Source: a virus (Duplodnaviria > Caudoviricetes). From it: a DNA stretch of 64,000 nucleotides. Each line of letters starts with the position of its first letter. The stretch's first letter is position 1. The DNA is taken from positions 5,656 to 69,655 of IMG/VR virus record IMGVR_UViG_3300020577_001702. The stretch is one strand, 5' to 3'. This document shows positions 15,951 to 26,257 of the stretch, in pieces. Made by a program: the position numbers and the translations under genes. The notes below the pieces were generated by a model. It had not been told where the DNA came from and made no database searches. It saw nothing but the letters and a program-made list of their open reading frames with translations.

Positions 15951-17078
15951 GTGACGTATACCAACTTTGCAGCGCTGACCACGGAACAGAAAACCGTCTG
16001 GTCAATGGACCTGTGGCGGCAAGCCCGCAACATGTCCTTCGTGAACCGCTTCCTCGGCAAGGATGCCAACTCGATGATTCAGCACATCACCGAGCTGAAG
16101 AAGTCCGAGAAGGGCGCTCGCGCCGTCATCACCCTGCTGGCTGACCTCGAAGGCGACGGCGTTGCCGGCGACCGCTCGCTGGAAGGCAACGAAGAGGCGA
16201 TGAAGTCCTACGATCAAGTGATCCGCCTGGACCAACTGCGCCACGCCAACCGCCACGAAGGCCGCATGGCCGACCAGAAGTCCGTCGTCACCTTCCGGGA
16301 AAACTCCCGCGACGTGCTGGCCTACTGGCTGTCCGACCGCATCGACCAACTGGCCTTCCTGACCCTGGCCGGTATGGCGTACACCACCAAGAACTCGGGC
16401 GGTACCCGCGTCGGCTCCGACCTCGCCAACCTGGAGTTCGCCGCCGACGTGAAGACCCCCAGCTCGAAGCGCTACTTCGTCTGGGACGCCGCCAACAAGG
16501 ACTTCGTGACCAACACCTCCAACACGCAGCTCGTTGGTGGTGCCATTGGTACTGGCGACTACCCGATGTGGGAGCTGTTCGTCCAACTCAAGGCTTACGC
16601 CAAGGACAACTACATCCGTGGCGTCCGCGAGAACGGCGGCGAAGAGGTCTACCACTGCTTCATCTCGCCGCAGGCGATGGCGAAGCTGAAGCTGGATGCG
16701 AACTACCTGCTGAACCTGCGCCACGCCCAACCGCGTGGTGACGGCAACGCGCTGTTCACCGGCTCCAGCGTCAAGATCGACGGCATCTACTTCCACGAGT
16801 TCCGCCACGTGCCGAACACCCGCACTGCCGCTGCCGGCAGCAAGTGGGGCGCTGGTGGTGCCGTGGACGGCTGCCGCATCCTGTTCTGCGGCGCGCAAGC
16901 GCTGGGTATGGCCGACATCGGTGCGCCGGAGTGGGTCGAGAAGGGCTTCGACTATGAGAACCAGCAGGGCATCAGCACCGGCAAGATTCTCGGCTTCCTG
17001 AAGCCCCAGTTCTACACGCAGTACAGCGGCAACACCGTGGAAGACTTCGGTGTGATCGCTGTCGACGTGGCTCAATAA
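15951..17078 (+). CDS. Major capsid protein (N4-gp56-like/DUF4043)
   Basis: GDGVAGDRSLEGNEEAM, IRLDQLRHA, ILFCGAQALG, DFGVIAVD; strong codon bias; SD TAGGAG. Confidence 0.9.
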   Translation: MTYTNFAALTTEQKTVWSMDLWRQARNMSFVNRFLGKDANSMIQHITELKKSEKGARAVITLLADLEGDGVAGDRSLEGNEEAMKSYDQVIRLDQLRHANRHEGRMADQKSVVTFRENSRDVLAYWLSDRIDQLAFLTLAGMAYTTKNSGGTRVGSDLANLEFAADVKTPSSKRYFVWDAANKDFVTNTSNTQLVGGAIGTGDYPMWELFVQLKAYAKDNYIRGVRENGGEEVYHCFISPQAMAKLKLDANYLLNLRHAQPRGDGNALFTGSSVKIDGIYFHEFRHVPNTRTAAAGSKWGAGGAVDGCRILFCGAQALGMADIGAPEWVEKGFDYENQQGISTGKILGFLKPQFYTQYSGNTVEDFGVIAVDVAQ

Positions 17079-17088
17079 GGAGATCGTC

Positions 17089-17541
17089 ATGGCAAAATTG
17101 ACCAAGGCCCGCTCTGCCCAGTACCCGCTGGTGGCCGAGTTCGTCTTCAACTTCAACGACACGATGCTGGACATCAACAGCGTCGAGAAGTCGTTTGGCT
17201 CCGTCTTCGGCGACGCTGGCACCTTCGAGGTGATCCCGCTGCCGCCCGGTGCCGTGATTGTTGGTGGCGAACTGATCGTCGAGACGCAGGGTGTCGGCCC
17301 CACCGTCTACACCGTGTCCATCGGCAACAGCTCCAGCGCTACTGCGTACCTCGCGGCCACCGACCTGAAGGCTGCGTCCGGCACCCGCACCGCCCTGACT
17401 GGCCTCGGCCTCGGCTCCAACGACGGTAAGAACGTCCGGATCGCTATCGCGTCCACCGTCGCCAACGCCTCGGCCGGCAAGGCCCGCGTCCGTGTGATGT
17501 ACACCATCGACGGTCGCGCCAACGAAGTCGCGACGACCTAA
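17089..17541 (+). CDS. Capsid decoration/cement protein (putative)
   Basis: Follows the capsid gene, same high-expression codon bias, beta-rich. Confidence 0.65.
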   Translation: MAKLTKARSAQYPLVAEFVFNFNDTMLDINSVEKSFGSVFGDAGTFEVIPLPPGAVIVGGELIVETQGVGPTVYTVSIGNSSSATAYLAATDLKAASGTRTALTGLGLGSNDGKNVRIAIASTVANASAGKARVRVMYTIDGRANEVATT

Positions 17542-17550
17542 GTCGCTTCC

Positions 17551-17578
17551 GAGCAACGGGGCTTCGGCCCCGTTGCTC
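17551..17578 (+). terminator. 12-bp UUCG hairpin after the capsid operon
   Basis: GAGCAACGGGGC-TTCG-GCCCCGTTGCTC; no clear U-tract. Confidence 0.6.
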
Positions 17579-17599
17579 AATCTACTCTAGGAGAAACGC

Positions 17600-17980
17600 A
17601 TGGCTGAATACGTACTGAACCGGACCTACGTGCTGCGTAGCCTCTCCGGCCACTCCGTCGCCTTCGAGAAGGGCGTCCCGACTTTCGTGCCGAACGCTTG
17701 CATCCGCGAGGTCGAGGCCATTGGTGGTGAGCGCATCGACGCCAAGAACGGCGAGGGCCTGGACGAGCCGGCTCAGAAGCAGGAACCGCAAGGCGAAGAG
17801 CGGGAGCAACTGATCCTCGAAGCATTCAAGGAGATCGTGGCGAAGAACGCCCGCGATGAGTTCACCGCCCAAGGCGCCCCGCACGTCCGCGCCCTGAAGA
17901 CCCTGTTGGGCTTCGAGGTGGACAACAAGGAGCGCGATAAGGTCTGGAAGAAGTATCAGGCCGAGGAAGGTTCGAAGTAA
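17600..17980 (+). CDS. Hypothetical virion-assembly protein (126 aa)
   Basis: SD TAGGAG; position in the head-completion region. Confidence 0.7.
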   Translation: MAEYVLNRTYVLRSLSGHSVAFEKGVPTFVPNACIREVEAIGGERIDAKNGEGLDEPAQKQEPQGEEREQLILEAFKEIVAKNARDEFTAQGAPHVRALKTLLGFEVDNKERDKVWKKYQAEEGSK

Positions 17981-18660
17981 TGGACTCGACCGGCCTGTAC
18001 GAGGCGTTCCGTGAGGATGTCGTCGACACCGCGAAGCCGTACCTGTGGACGGAAGACGAGGTGTGGCGCTACATGGACTACGCGTACAGGCTGTTCGTCC
18101 GCCTGACGGGTGGCGTCCACGACTTTCTGTCGGACGTTACCCGCATCAATGTGGTGGCCGGCGAGGCTACTGCCGAGATGCACGAAAGCATCATCAAGAC
18201 CGAGCAGGCATTCAAGATGTCTGACGGCAAAGAGATCGAGATCGTTAACTGGTCTGACCAGAAGAAGATGGCGACCGCCGACTACGGAATCGTCCGTCAG
18301 ATTTACCTCGACGACCGTCCTGGTCCGGTTCAGTACATGGTCATCGGCAACCAGCGCGGCGTCGTGAAGTGGGTCCGCGTCCCGGAATACGACGACACGG
18401 TGCAGCTCCAGGTCTACCGGCTGCCTATCGACCACATCATCGGCGACGACCAGGAGTTTGTCGACGTTGCCGAAGATCACCACAACCAGTTCCTCCTGGG
18501 CATGAAGTCGCAGGCGTACCTGAAGCAGGACGCCGAGACGTTCAACCGTGCCAAGGCGGACGAGAACGACCAGAAGTTCAGAGCCTACTGCGCCTTCGTG
18601 AAGTCGGAGTGGGAGCGCTACAAACACAAGCCGAGGGTGGTGACGTATGGCGGCATCTAA
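17980..18660 (+). CDS. Head-tail adaptor / tail tubular protein A-like
   Basis: YLWTEDEV..YMDYA, HHNQFLLGMKSQAYLKQDAET pattern; position. Confidence 0.65.
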   Translation: MDSTGLYEAFREDVVDTAKPYLWTEDEVWRYMDYAYRLFVRLTGGVHDFLSDVTRINVVAGEATAEMHESIIKTEQAFKMSDGKEIEIVNWSDQKKMATADYGIVRQIYLDDRPGPVQYMVIGNQRGVVKWVRVPEYDDTVQLQVYRLPIDHIIGDDQEFVDVAEDHHNQFLLGMKSQAYLKQDAETFNRAKADENDQKFRAYCAFVKSEWERYKHKPRVVTYGGI

Positions 18661-19246
18661 CGACCTCTCTATCAAGCAGGGCAAGACCTACTCGCAGATT
18701 CTGCGGTGGGAATCGGCCCCACACATCTACAAGGCGATCACCGCGATCACCCAGGCGGCTCCGGCGCGCATTACGTGCCCGACCCACGGCATACCCAACG
18801 GATGGCGCGTGGCGGTGGTCTCGGTGAAGGGCATGACCCAGATCAACGCCGAGAACAGCCCGCCGAAGGATCGCGACTATCACCCGGCTACCGTCATCGA
18901 CGTGAACACGGTCGAGCTGAACGACGTGAACAGCGCCGGCTTCAAGGCGTACACCAGCGGCGGCTACCTCCAGTTCTACACCCCGGTGGACCTGACCGGT
19001 CACACCGCTCGCATGAGCATCAAGGACAAGAAGGGTGGCACCGAGCTGCTGAGCCTCACCACTGTCAACGGTCGCCTGGAGATCGACACGGTGGACAAGT
19101 CCATCGGCATCTCCCTGAGCGCGGCCGACACGGCGGCACTCACGTGGAAGAAGGGTGTGTACGACCTCGAAATGGTTTCCGGCGCGGGCGTTGTCACCGA
19201 GCTGCTGTCCGGTTCCGTCACGGTGACGACAGAAGTGACAACGTAA
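18647..19246 (+). CDS. Virion structural protein (FCCH-like beta insert + BppU-like domain)
   Basis: ITAITQAAPARITCPTHG, PVDLTGHTARMSIK, KGVYDLEM. Confidence 0.65.
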   Translation: MAASNDLSIKQGKTYSQILRWESAPHIYKAITAITQAAPARITCPTHGIPNGWRVAVVSVKGMTQINAENSPPKDRDYHPATVIDVNTVELNDVNSAGFKAYTSGGYLQFYTPVDLTGHTARMSIKDKKGGTELLSLTTVNGRLEIDTVDKSIGISLSAADTAALTWKKGVYDLEMVSGAGVVTELLSGSVTVTTEVTT

Positions 19247-19256
19247 GGAGAACACC

Positions 19257-19688
19257 ATGTCCAAGGGTAATACTTTTGAAAATGATTGGCTCAAGCTGGT
19301 CTTCAACGCCACGGCCATCGCCAACATGGCCGACAACGCCGCCGCGTCGCCGCTGACCAACTTGTACGTGTCACTGCACACAGCCGACCCCGGTGAAGCC
19401 GGCGACCAGACCACCAGTGAAATCTCCTACACCGGCTATGCCCGAGTGGCTGTGGCCCGCACCAGCGGTGGGTGGACGGTGACGGCGAACAGCGTCAGCC
19501 CGGTGGCGAACATCGACTTCGGCGCGATGACTGCCGGCGCGGGCGGCACCGCTTCGTTCTTCGCTGTCGGCACCGCTTCATCCGGGGCGGGCAAGATTCT
19601 CTACAGCGGCGGTATCAGCCCGACGATTAGCGTCGTCAACGGCGTGATCCCGCGTCTGACCACGGCAAGCACCATCACCGAGGACTAA
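19257..19688 (+). CDS. Virion structural / fibre-associated protein
   Basis: LYVSLHTADPGEAG...EISYTGYARVAVAR pattern common in phage fibre modules. Confidence 0.75.
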   Translation: MSKGNTFENDWLKLVFNATAIANMADNAAASPLTNLYVSLHTADPGEAGDQTTSEISYTGYARVAVARTSGGWTVTANSVSPVANIDFGAMTAGAGGTASFFAVGTASSGAGKILYSGGISPTISVVNGVIPRLTTASTITED

Positions 19689-19691
19689 GCT

Positions 19692-20879
19692 GTGCTCAAC
19701 CTAGCGTCGACGAGCGACAAAATCCAGGTCGTCACGGGGGTGGCCGCAACCACCATTGAGGTTCATACGTCTTGGGTTGACCTCAACGGAACAACCGTGA
19801 CCCCTGGCCGTACCAACAGCCGTATCACCACGGCTGCGACCACGGACATCGTGCCTTCGCCGTCTGCGGGAACGGTTCGCAACGTCAAGGGTATCTACAT
19901 CAACAACAACAGCGCCGGCACCAACTGCCCGATCTCTGTTGTTCATACGGATGGTGCCAGCGCCATCGAGTTGATGAGCTTTGTCCTGCTGCCGGGTGAG
20001 TTCCTGACGTTTAACGAAGAGGGTGGCTGGCGGCACCGGGACAACCAGGGTGCTGAGTACCCGTCCTCCGGGATGGGCAACTACAACGGCAAACTCGTGC
20101 CTTTCATGAAGACCAGCACCGCAGCGAAGGCTGCGGGTAACTGGTACTGCACGTCGAAAGATGCCGGCTACCCTGGCGCGTGGGCTGTCGGTACGCCTGG
20201 CGTCAACGGGCGCGTCACGGACGGCACTACTAGCGCTGACTATGGTTGCATCCCGATCACCAACGCGGTGTCCGGCTCCAACTTCCTGACCGCGCTGGAC
20301 ATGCAGGCCAGCGTGAACCACACGCACGACTTCTTCGATTGCCTGTGGGTGAATAGTGGCATCGCCGTGACCACCACGACGGCCCAAACCATAGCCTCCC
20401 CGACCTTGCCGGCACGGGATGTCAATGGTGCAACCAGCGGTGAAGGCTGCGGGATCGCTTTGCTCTTTACTGCCGCATCGACCAACGGCGCGGCGATCAG
20501 CAACACGACGGTCAGCTACACCAACAGCAAAGGCGTTTCCGGTCGCACGGCAACCCTGACGACGGCCACCGGCTCGGCTATCCCGGCATCGCCGGTCATC
20601 GGCACGATGATCTGGTTTGCGCTGCAAGCGGGTGACACGGGCGTCCAGTCCATCCAGGGCATCACCCTTGGCACGTCGCTTGTCACCGGCTCTGTGTCCC
20701 TGATGATCACCCGCGACATCTGCACCATAGGTACGACCATGGTAAACGTGGCGTCTGCTAAGAACATCGGCTCTCCTGGCATCAAGATGTTCAACGGCAC
20801 TTGCCTACTGCACAACATCATGGCGAGCGCCACAACGGCGACCTTCATGTCTGGATCACTGACTGTGATGGAGAAGTAA
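19692..20879 (+). CDS. Virion structural protein, Thr/Ser/Gly-rich beta protein
   Basis: 395-aa ORF in the fibre cluster. Confidence 0.7.
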   Translation: MLNLASTSDKIQVVTGVAATTIEVHTSWVDLNGTTVTPGRTNSRITTAATTDIVPSPSAGTVRNVKGIYINNNSAGTNCPISVVHTDGASAIELMSFVLLPGEFLTFNEEGGWRHRDNQGAEYPSSGMGNYNGKLVPFMKTSTAAKAAGNWYCTSKDAGYPGAWAVGTPGVNGRVTDGTTSADYGCIPITNAVSGSNFLTALDMQASVNHTHDFFDCLWVNSGIAVTTTTAQTIASPTLPARDVNGATSGEGCGIALLFTAASTNGAAISNTTVSYTNSKGVSGRTATLTTATGSAIPASPVIGTMIWFALQAGDTGVQSIQGITLGTSLVTGSVSLMITRDICTIGTTMVNVASAKNIGSPGIKMFNGTCLLHNIMASATTATFMSGSLTVMEK

Positions 20880-20880
20880 C

Positions 20881-21336
20881 ATGGCCCTCATCGACGACAT
20901 CCGCGCTTTACCGGCTGAATTGCTGGCGCTACGGAGCACACAGGCTATCGCTGATGCGCTACCGAAAAGAAAGGTTGTGCAGAAGGCCGAGGTGGGTGAT
21001 GGGGCTATCTCCATAGCTCTCGGCTTCCCCACTGGACCGGTTTTCTTGTACCAACTGGAATCCATCGCAGGCGCTCCGCTTGCTGCTGATGCCAGTGTCG
21101 AGCAGGTCGCTCAGTATGCGATGGTTCGGCAGGCTTGGCGCTCCATCAGTAAAGGCGCTTTCGACGCTGGAGACCCTTCGGTACGAGCGTCCTTGGATTT
21201 GTTCGTCGGCCTCCTTCCTGGTTTTGGTGCCGAGCAGGCAGCGGCGATTAAGCGACTGGCTGAGGTGGACGTACCCGTCAGCGAATACGAAGTGAGGGTG
21301 GTTTGCTGGTCTGACATCGGGGAGTGGCTTGTATGA
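20881..21336 (+). CDS. Hypothetical protein (151 aa)
   Basis: Tightly packed ORF in the fibre cluster. Confidence 0.6.
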   Translation: MALIDDIRALPAELLALRSTQAIADALPKRKVVQKAEVGDGAISIALGFPTGPVFLYQLESIAGAPLAADASVEQVAQYAMVRQAWRSISKGAFDAGDPSVRASLDLFVGLLPGFGAEQAAAIKRLAEVDVPVSEYEVRVVCWSDIGEWLV

Positions 21337-21737
21337 CGACTACTACTGCAACTAAGACGCCGCGCTCGCTGGTTGCTGCCGGCACCACTAACGCCGCTGC
21401 CGGGACAACGCGTGCTGTGCTCGACTTGCGCACCACGTTCGGGGGCATCCTGACCGTCCGTATGACTAACGGGGGAACAGGTCCGAGCGTTCAGTGTCTC
21501 TGTAACGTGTTGGTGGCTCATAACTCTGGGTCAACTCCCGCTGCGGCGAGTAAAGGAACCGACTGGAAGACCATTGCGTCTGTCGGGAACGGTATCACCG
21601 CCAGCACAGATAACGAGTGGAGCTTCATCATTGATCAATCGGTGATGCACCTTGAGGTCGAGTTCGCAGGTAACACTGTGCAGCCTGTCACGGTCGAGGC
21701 GCAGTTCTCTGAGTTGACCAACATCGTTAACGCGTAG
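21333..21737 (+). CDS. Hypothetical structural protein (134 aa)
   Basis: ATG overlaps the upstream TGA. Confidence 0.6.
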   Translation: MTTTTATKTPRSLVAAGTTNAAAGTTRAVLDLRTTFGGILTVRMTNGGTGPSVQCLCNVLVAHNSGSTPAAASKGTDWKTIASVGNGITASTDNEWSFIIDQSVMHLEVEFAGNTVQPVTVEAQFSELTNIVNA

Positions 21738-21741
21738 CGCC

Positions 21742-22467
21742 ATGCTGTCGCGGCGCATCCCTTGGGACAAGGCCGATCAGCGGCCGGCAGCACTGGACCG
21801 CACATCGCAGTACGCCAAGGGCTTGCTCTACGCGGCAAAGGTCAACGAGCGATACCCATTGGATGTTGTGACAGGTGCCCGCTGCACCTGGAACAACACG
21901 ATGGTCCCAACTACCACCCCGATGGGCAAGGGCATCGCTAGTGACGGGAACTACTCTTGGCTGATTGACACGCACCCGAGTCCGCCCACTGCCAGCAACC
22001 TATTGGACATGGCGGCCTTCGCGCTCGTGCATCAAAGAGCGGCGACTGTGGGTATGGCCCGCTATATCTCGACAATGCGGATTTCGGCAGGGAACTACGT
22101 AAGCTCCGTTGGGTTCAATGCCTCCGGGCAATTTACCTACGGAATAGTCGGAGCCGACAGTATTGAGCGCACCATCACCGGGACTACGGTCGCAACGGCC
22201 GGCAACACCTACGTCGTCTATGGTCGGCGCGTCAAGGGGGTCGCCATGGAGTTGTACGTCAATGGGGTATTGGAGGCCACCGGCCCTGACTACACGACCC
22301 CTAACGGTGGCACATGGAACGCGGTGTATAGCAGTCAGGGACTTGGCTCCCCATACCCGGCCGAAACCTGTGTGCTGCACACCTACGCCCACTGGGTCGG
22401 CGTGGTGCATACCCCGTTTCAGATCGCCGAGCTTGCGGCCAATCCTAGCGTGATCTTCGCCCCATGA
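21742..22467 (+). CDS. LamG/concanavalin-A-like domain protein
   Basis: TYVVYGRR..VAMELYVNGVLEA; LamG-type C-terminus. Confidence 0.6.
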   Translation: MLSRRIPWDKADQRPAALDRTSQYAKGLLYAAKVNERYPLDVVTGARCTWNNTMVPTTTPMGKGIASDGNYSWLIDTHPSPPTASNLLDMAAFALVHQRAATVGMARYISTMRISAGNYVSSVGFNASGQFTYGIVGADSIERTITGTTVATAGNTYVVYGRRVKGVAMELYVNGVLEATGPDYTTPNGGTWNAVYSSQGLGSPYPAETCVLHTYAHWVGVVHTPFQIAELAANPSVIFAP

Positions 22468-25064
22468 CTGTCCGCCGCCTCATCATCCCTTACGGCCCGA
22501 ATACGGGGGTGTCTTCCTCCCCGGCCACCACTGTGTTGTCTCGTCGCTCCCCAATGGGGGCGAGGGTGCACCTCAACGGCAAGCTTGACCGCACGAACCC
22601 CTTGACACGGGGTTTGTCGCTTGCGATGGACTTGCGTGACCTTAAAGATGCGGTAAGCAACACCTACAGCACATCTGTGGGAACAAAACCCGCTGTCGGC
22701 GGGAAAGGGGTAGGTCGGGGATTCGGCAGTACTTCGGGGGTGGGTTCCTCAGACACAGTAACCAGCTCGCTGGTCAGCCATAACAGCAGTCGAACCTACT
22801 TCGCTTTGCTGAAGCGGAGCGGAGATGGTGGTGGGGCACTCGGGCGGGTTTTCGACAAGCGCACAGTCGGGGTACAGACAGAAGTTCTGTTCATGTCGGC
22901 AGGTGTCCTTGAGTATGACCGAAGTTTCAGCGACGGCTTGTTGTGGGGGCAGTGGACGTGGACACCGCCCGTTCTAGACAAAGACGTGGCGGTCTGCCTC
23001 ACTTATGACAGCAGTTCTGTAAGCAACACGCCTGAGTTGTATTACGACGGGGTATCGCAGACCAGAACCGTCATGACAGCCCCTACAGGTGTCACGACCG
23101 CTAACAGCGACCCCTATGTCATAGGCAACCGAGGGAACGACAACGCTCGGAGCTGGGACGGCCTGATCTACTGTTTCTACGTGTGGGACAGGCTGCTTAG
23201 TGCTGCGGAAATTGCGTCTATCTCCAGTAATCCGCTACAAATCTTTGAGCCGGTAACTCAACGACTGTTGTTGCCTACCGTCAAACTGACGGCGCATCCG
23301 GGTGCGAACACCCACACGAATCCAGGAACATTCGATGCTGAATCGAACCCCACAGCGTGGTTTAGCTCATTGGTGCCTAGTGGGGGTTGGTTTACGGATG
23401 AGCTTATTCCGTTTGTCAGTTCCAGTGATATCGTCTCGGCAGCGGGTACGTCTGCTGGTGTAGGCTCGGCAGCAGCAACTGGGGTCAAGACTGCAACAAC
23501 CACTGGCTCGTCGACTGGTACGAGTACGGTTTCCGGTGTGGGTGTCTCCGCAACCCAGTCCTCTGGCTCGTCCACAGGCACAGGCGCGGCAACGGGCGCG
23601 GGCGCAACCGTACTAGCCGCCGTAGGCTCATCCGCAGGTACGGGCGCTGCCGCCGCCACAGCCCTCGCGGTCGATGCTGCATCAGGCTCAGCTACCGGCA
23701 CAGGCGCAGCCAACGCGACAGGTGTTGCTCTGGCACCTGCCAGCGGGTCAACCGCTGGTGTCGGCGCGGCCTCGGCCACTGGAGTCACGCTCGCCACGAG
23801 CACCGCGTCTTCCACTGGCGTCGGTGCTGCGTCGGCGACATCTGGTGTCGTCCTGGCGAGCATCGGCACGGCGGCAGGCACAGGTGCAGCGTCAAGCACA
23901 GGCACTACGCTGGCTACGTCTGTCGGTTCCGCAGCGGGTACGGGCACAGCCTCTGCGGGCGGCGCGAACGCATCCTCCGGCGTCACGTCGGGCACTGGCT
24001 CCACAGCGGGCACGGGTACAGCGGCGGCTACCGGCACCACCCTGGCGACGACCGCTGGCTCGTCCGATGGCACCGGGGCAGCAGCGGCAGCGGGAGAGGC
24101 TATTGCGCCCAGCTCGGCTACGTCCACCGGTACGGGTGCAGCGACTGGTGCCAGCGCCGCCGTTGCTGTGTCTTTCGGCAGCTCGGCGGGGGCTGGCGCA
24201 GCGGCAGCTACCAGCACAGCGTTGGCCGTCAGTGCTGGTTCTACCTCTGGTACGAGTGCCGTCAACGCGACCGGTGTCACCCTCGCAGCCTCTACCGGCT
24301 CGTCATCTGGCATTGGTGCTGCCTCGGGTGTCACCCTGAAGCTGGTAGGTGGCACCGGCTCTACGGCAGGTACAGGCGCGGCGGCAGCAGCTACCGGCGT
24401 CACCCTAGCTGCGTCTACCGGCTCGTCCACAGGCACCAGCTCTGCCGCAGCGGTGGGTACCGACGCAGCGAGTGCGTTCTCCCCCTCTGTGGCGTCCTCG
24501 GTAGGCTCCGGGGCGGCGGCAGCTACGGGTATCGCTATCGCTCGGACGACGGCTTCGTCGGGCGGTACAGGCGCGGCGACGGCGAGTGGTGTTGCCCTGG
24601 TGGTGGCCGCAGGCTCGTCCTCCGGCACCAGCGCGGTCTCGGCTGGCTCGGCGAAGATCATTCCCTTCTCGGGTAGCTCGGCGGGCACCAGTACGGTAAC
24701 GGGCGCAACGGCGAAGGTTCTGCCCTTCACGGCTTCGTCTACCGGAACGAGTACGGCGGGTGCGGCTGGCGTCACTCAAGCGGAGTCTACCGGCACGGTC
24801 ACTGGGGTAGGGAACGCATCGGCCGTAGCTGTTGCGCTGGCTATCTCTCAAGGCTCGGCAGCGGGTACGTCTACTGCGGTCGCCTATTACCACACTCCGT
24901 ACGCGATCACGGTGGACGACCTGGGCCGACAGCAGTACGTCCAGGTGGGCACGCCGCAGGTATTCGTGCGACTGATCGAGACACCTTGGTACGTCACCCT
25001 CTCGGCGGAAGACGAGCGTGTGATGCTTAGCAAACCGGACATTTTCATCAAAGAGGCTGCGTAA
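22464..25064 (+). CDS. Fibre-like protein: LamG domain + about 20-aa Ala/Gly/Ser/Thr repeats
   Basis: PELYYDGV, YVIGNRG..WDGLIY..YVWDRLLSAAEI; GSSxGTGAAxAxG repeats at about 23440-24890. Confidence 0.75.
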   Translation: MTVRRLIIPYGPNTGVSSSPATTVLSRRSPMGARVHLNGKLDRTNPLTRGLSLAMDLRDLKDAVSNTYSTSVGTKPAVGGKGVGRGFGSTSGVGSSDTVTSSLVSHNSSRTYFALLKRSGDGGGALGRVFDKRTVGVQTEVLFMSAGVLEYDRSFSDGLLWGQWTWTPPVLDKDVAVCLTYDSSSVSNTPELYYDGVSQTRTVMTAPTGVTTANSDPYVIGNRGNDNARSWDGLIYCFYVWDRLLSAAEIASISSNPLQIFEPVTQRLLLPTVKLTAHPGANTHTNPGTFDAESNPTAWFSSLVPSGGWFTDELIPFVSSSDIVSAAGTSAGVGSAAATGVKTATTTGSSTGTSTVSGVGVSATQSSGSSTGTGAATGAGATVLAAVGSSAGTGAAAATALAVDAASGSATGTGAANATGVALAPASGSTAGVGAASATGVTLATSTASSTGVGAASATSGVVLASIGTAAGTGAASSTGTTLATSVGSAAGTGTASAGGANASSGVTSGTGSTAGTGTAAATGTTLATTAGSSDGTGAAAAAGEAIAPSSATSTGTGAATGASAAVAVSFGSSAGAGAAAATSTALAVSAGSTSGTSAVNATGVTLAASTGSSSGIGAASGVTLKLVGGTGSTAGTGAAAAATGVTLAASTGSSTGTSSAAAVGTDAASAFSPSVASSVGSGAAAATGIAIARTTASSGGTGAATASGVALVVAAGSSSGTSAVSAGSAKIIPFSGSSAGTSTVTGATAKVLPFTASSTGTSTAGAAGVTQAESTGTVTGVGNASAVAVALAISQGSAAGTSTAVAYYHTPYAITVDDLGRQQYVQVGTPQVFVRLIETPWYVTLSAEDERVMLSKPDIFIKEAA

Positions 25065-25065
25065 C

Positions 25066-25647
25066 ATGGACCTTTCCACGCGTGACCAAGACATCGCCGA
25101 ATCCCAGCGGCTCCTGGCTGATCGACTGCCGAACATGCTGGCGATCATCTTCCTGACCCCCATCGCCATGCTGTTCGCCCCGGAGTCAGGCTACTGGCCG
25201 GAGGGCAGCATGTGGCGCTACTTCGCTGAATGGAAGTGGGGTCTCGACGGCGACCCCTACTGGAAGGCTAAGTACGGCTCAGGGGTGAAGGACTGGTGGA
25301 CTCGCTGCTTGTGGGTGTGGCGCAACGCCAACATCTGGGAGAGCGAACACGGCGTCAACGCGAACAACATCGTCAAGCTGGAGTACGAGGGTGAGCCGAT
25401 GGTTGGTAATCACCCGCTGGTGGAAGGCTCTCTCGCCATCCACGCTTGGGACAAAGACGGCAAGCGCTTCTGGGCCTACTACGACGTGAAGAAGCTGAGC
25501 GACACCCGCTGTCACCGCAGCTACATCGGGTGGAAGCTGCAAGAGGTGCTGCACAACTTCATGAAGACCGGCAGCTACGTGGGTACAGGCGACCCGATCA
25601 TGCCTGCGGTCTACTCCGTTTCATCCACCATGGGGTACACACTGTGA
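25066..25647 (+). CDS. Hypothetical Trp-rich protein (193 aa)
   Basis: WVWRN motif; precedes the lysis cassette. Confidence 0.65.
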   Translation: MDLSTRDQDIAESQRLLADRLPNMLAIIFLTPIAMLFAPESGYWPEGSMWRYFAEWKWGLDGDPYWKAKYGSGVKDWWTRCLWVWRNANIWESEHGVNANNIVKLEYEGEPMVGNHPLVEGSLAIHAWDKDGKRFWAYYDVKKLSDTRCHRSYIGWKLQEVLHNFMKTGSYVGTGDPIMPAVYSVSSTMGYTL

Positions 25648-26084
25648 CAGGCGAGTTCATAGAACGGCGGGAGCACCCCGGCGTGGAGGGTGAAATCTAC
25701 GCCCTGCGTCGTGACGTGCATGACGTGAAGGACGCAATGCAGAAGATCGCAGAAGCGGTCACGCGTTTGGCCGTGTTGGAAGAGAAGCACACCGCTCAGT
25801 CCGGGGCGATAAACCGTGCATTCAGTTCGCTGAAGGCCGTCGAAGAGTCTGTGGCTAAGCATGAGAAAGCCGACGACGAGAAGCACGCGTCTCTGGAGCG
25901 CACGATGGCTTTCGTAAAGGGCATCCTCATCACGGTGTCCGTGCTCTGGACCGTGTTCGGCGTGTTCATCTCCGACACAGTACGCGAGACCGTCAAAGCT
26001 GTTGAGGTCATCAAGGTCCACGTCAACGAGGACAAGGTGAAGTCTCCCGAGGATGTGAAGAAGCTCATGGAGTCGTCGAAGTGA
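25644..26084 (+). CDS. Coiled-coil membrane protein (holin/antiholin-like)
   Basis: GTG overlaps the upstream TGA; coiled coil plus one TM segment. Confidence 0.55.
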   Translation: MTGEFIERREHPGVEGEIYALRRDVHDVKDAMQKIAEAVTRLAVLEEKHTAQSGAINRAFSSLKAVEESVAKHEKADDEKHASLERTMAFVKGILITVSVLWTVFGVFISDTVRETVKAVEVIKVHVNEDKVKSPEDVKKLMESSK

Positions 26085-26257
26085 GCGTCCTCGTCTGCAA
26101 GCACACTCGTGCCCAGTGTGACCGCGCCGAGTTCTGCGTGATGCGCCGCCCCGCGCCCGAAGACGCACTCCACGTTATGTACTTCATGCCTGACACCCCA
26201 GGCGACCGCTGCCCGCACTTCATCATGAACCCGAGGGACCGCAATGAAACCTCTTGA
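26081..26257 (+). CDS. Small Cys/His-containing hypothetical protein (58 aa)
   Basis: Hand translation from GTG overlapping the upstream TGA: MSVLVCKHTRAQCDRAEFC...DRCPHF. Confidence 0.4.
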   Translation: MSVLVCKHTRAQCDRAEFCVMRRPAPEDALHVMYFMPDTPGDRCPHFIMNPRDRNETS

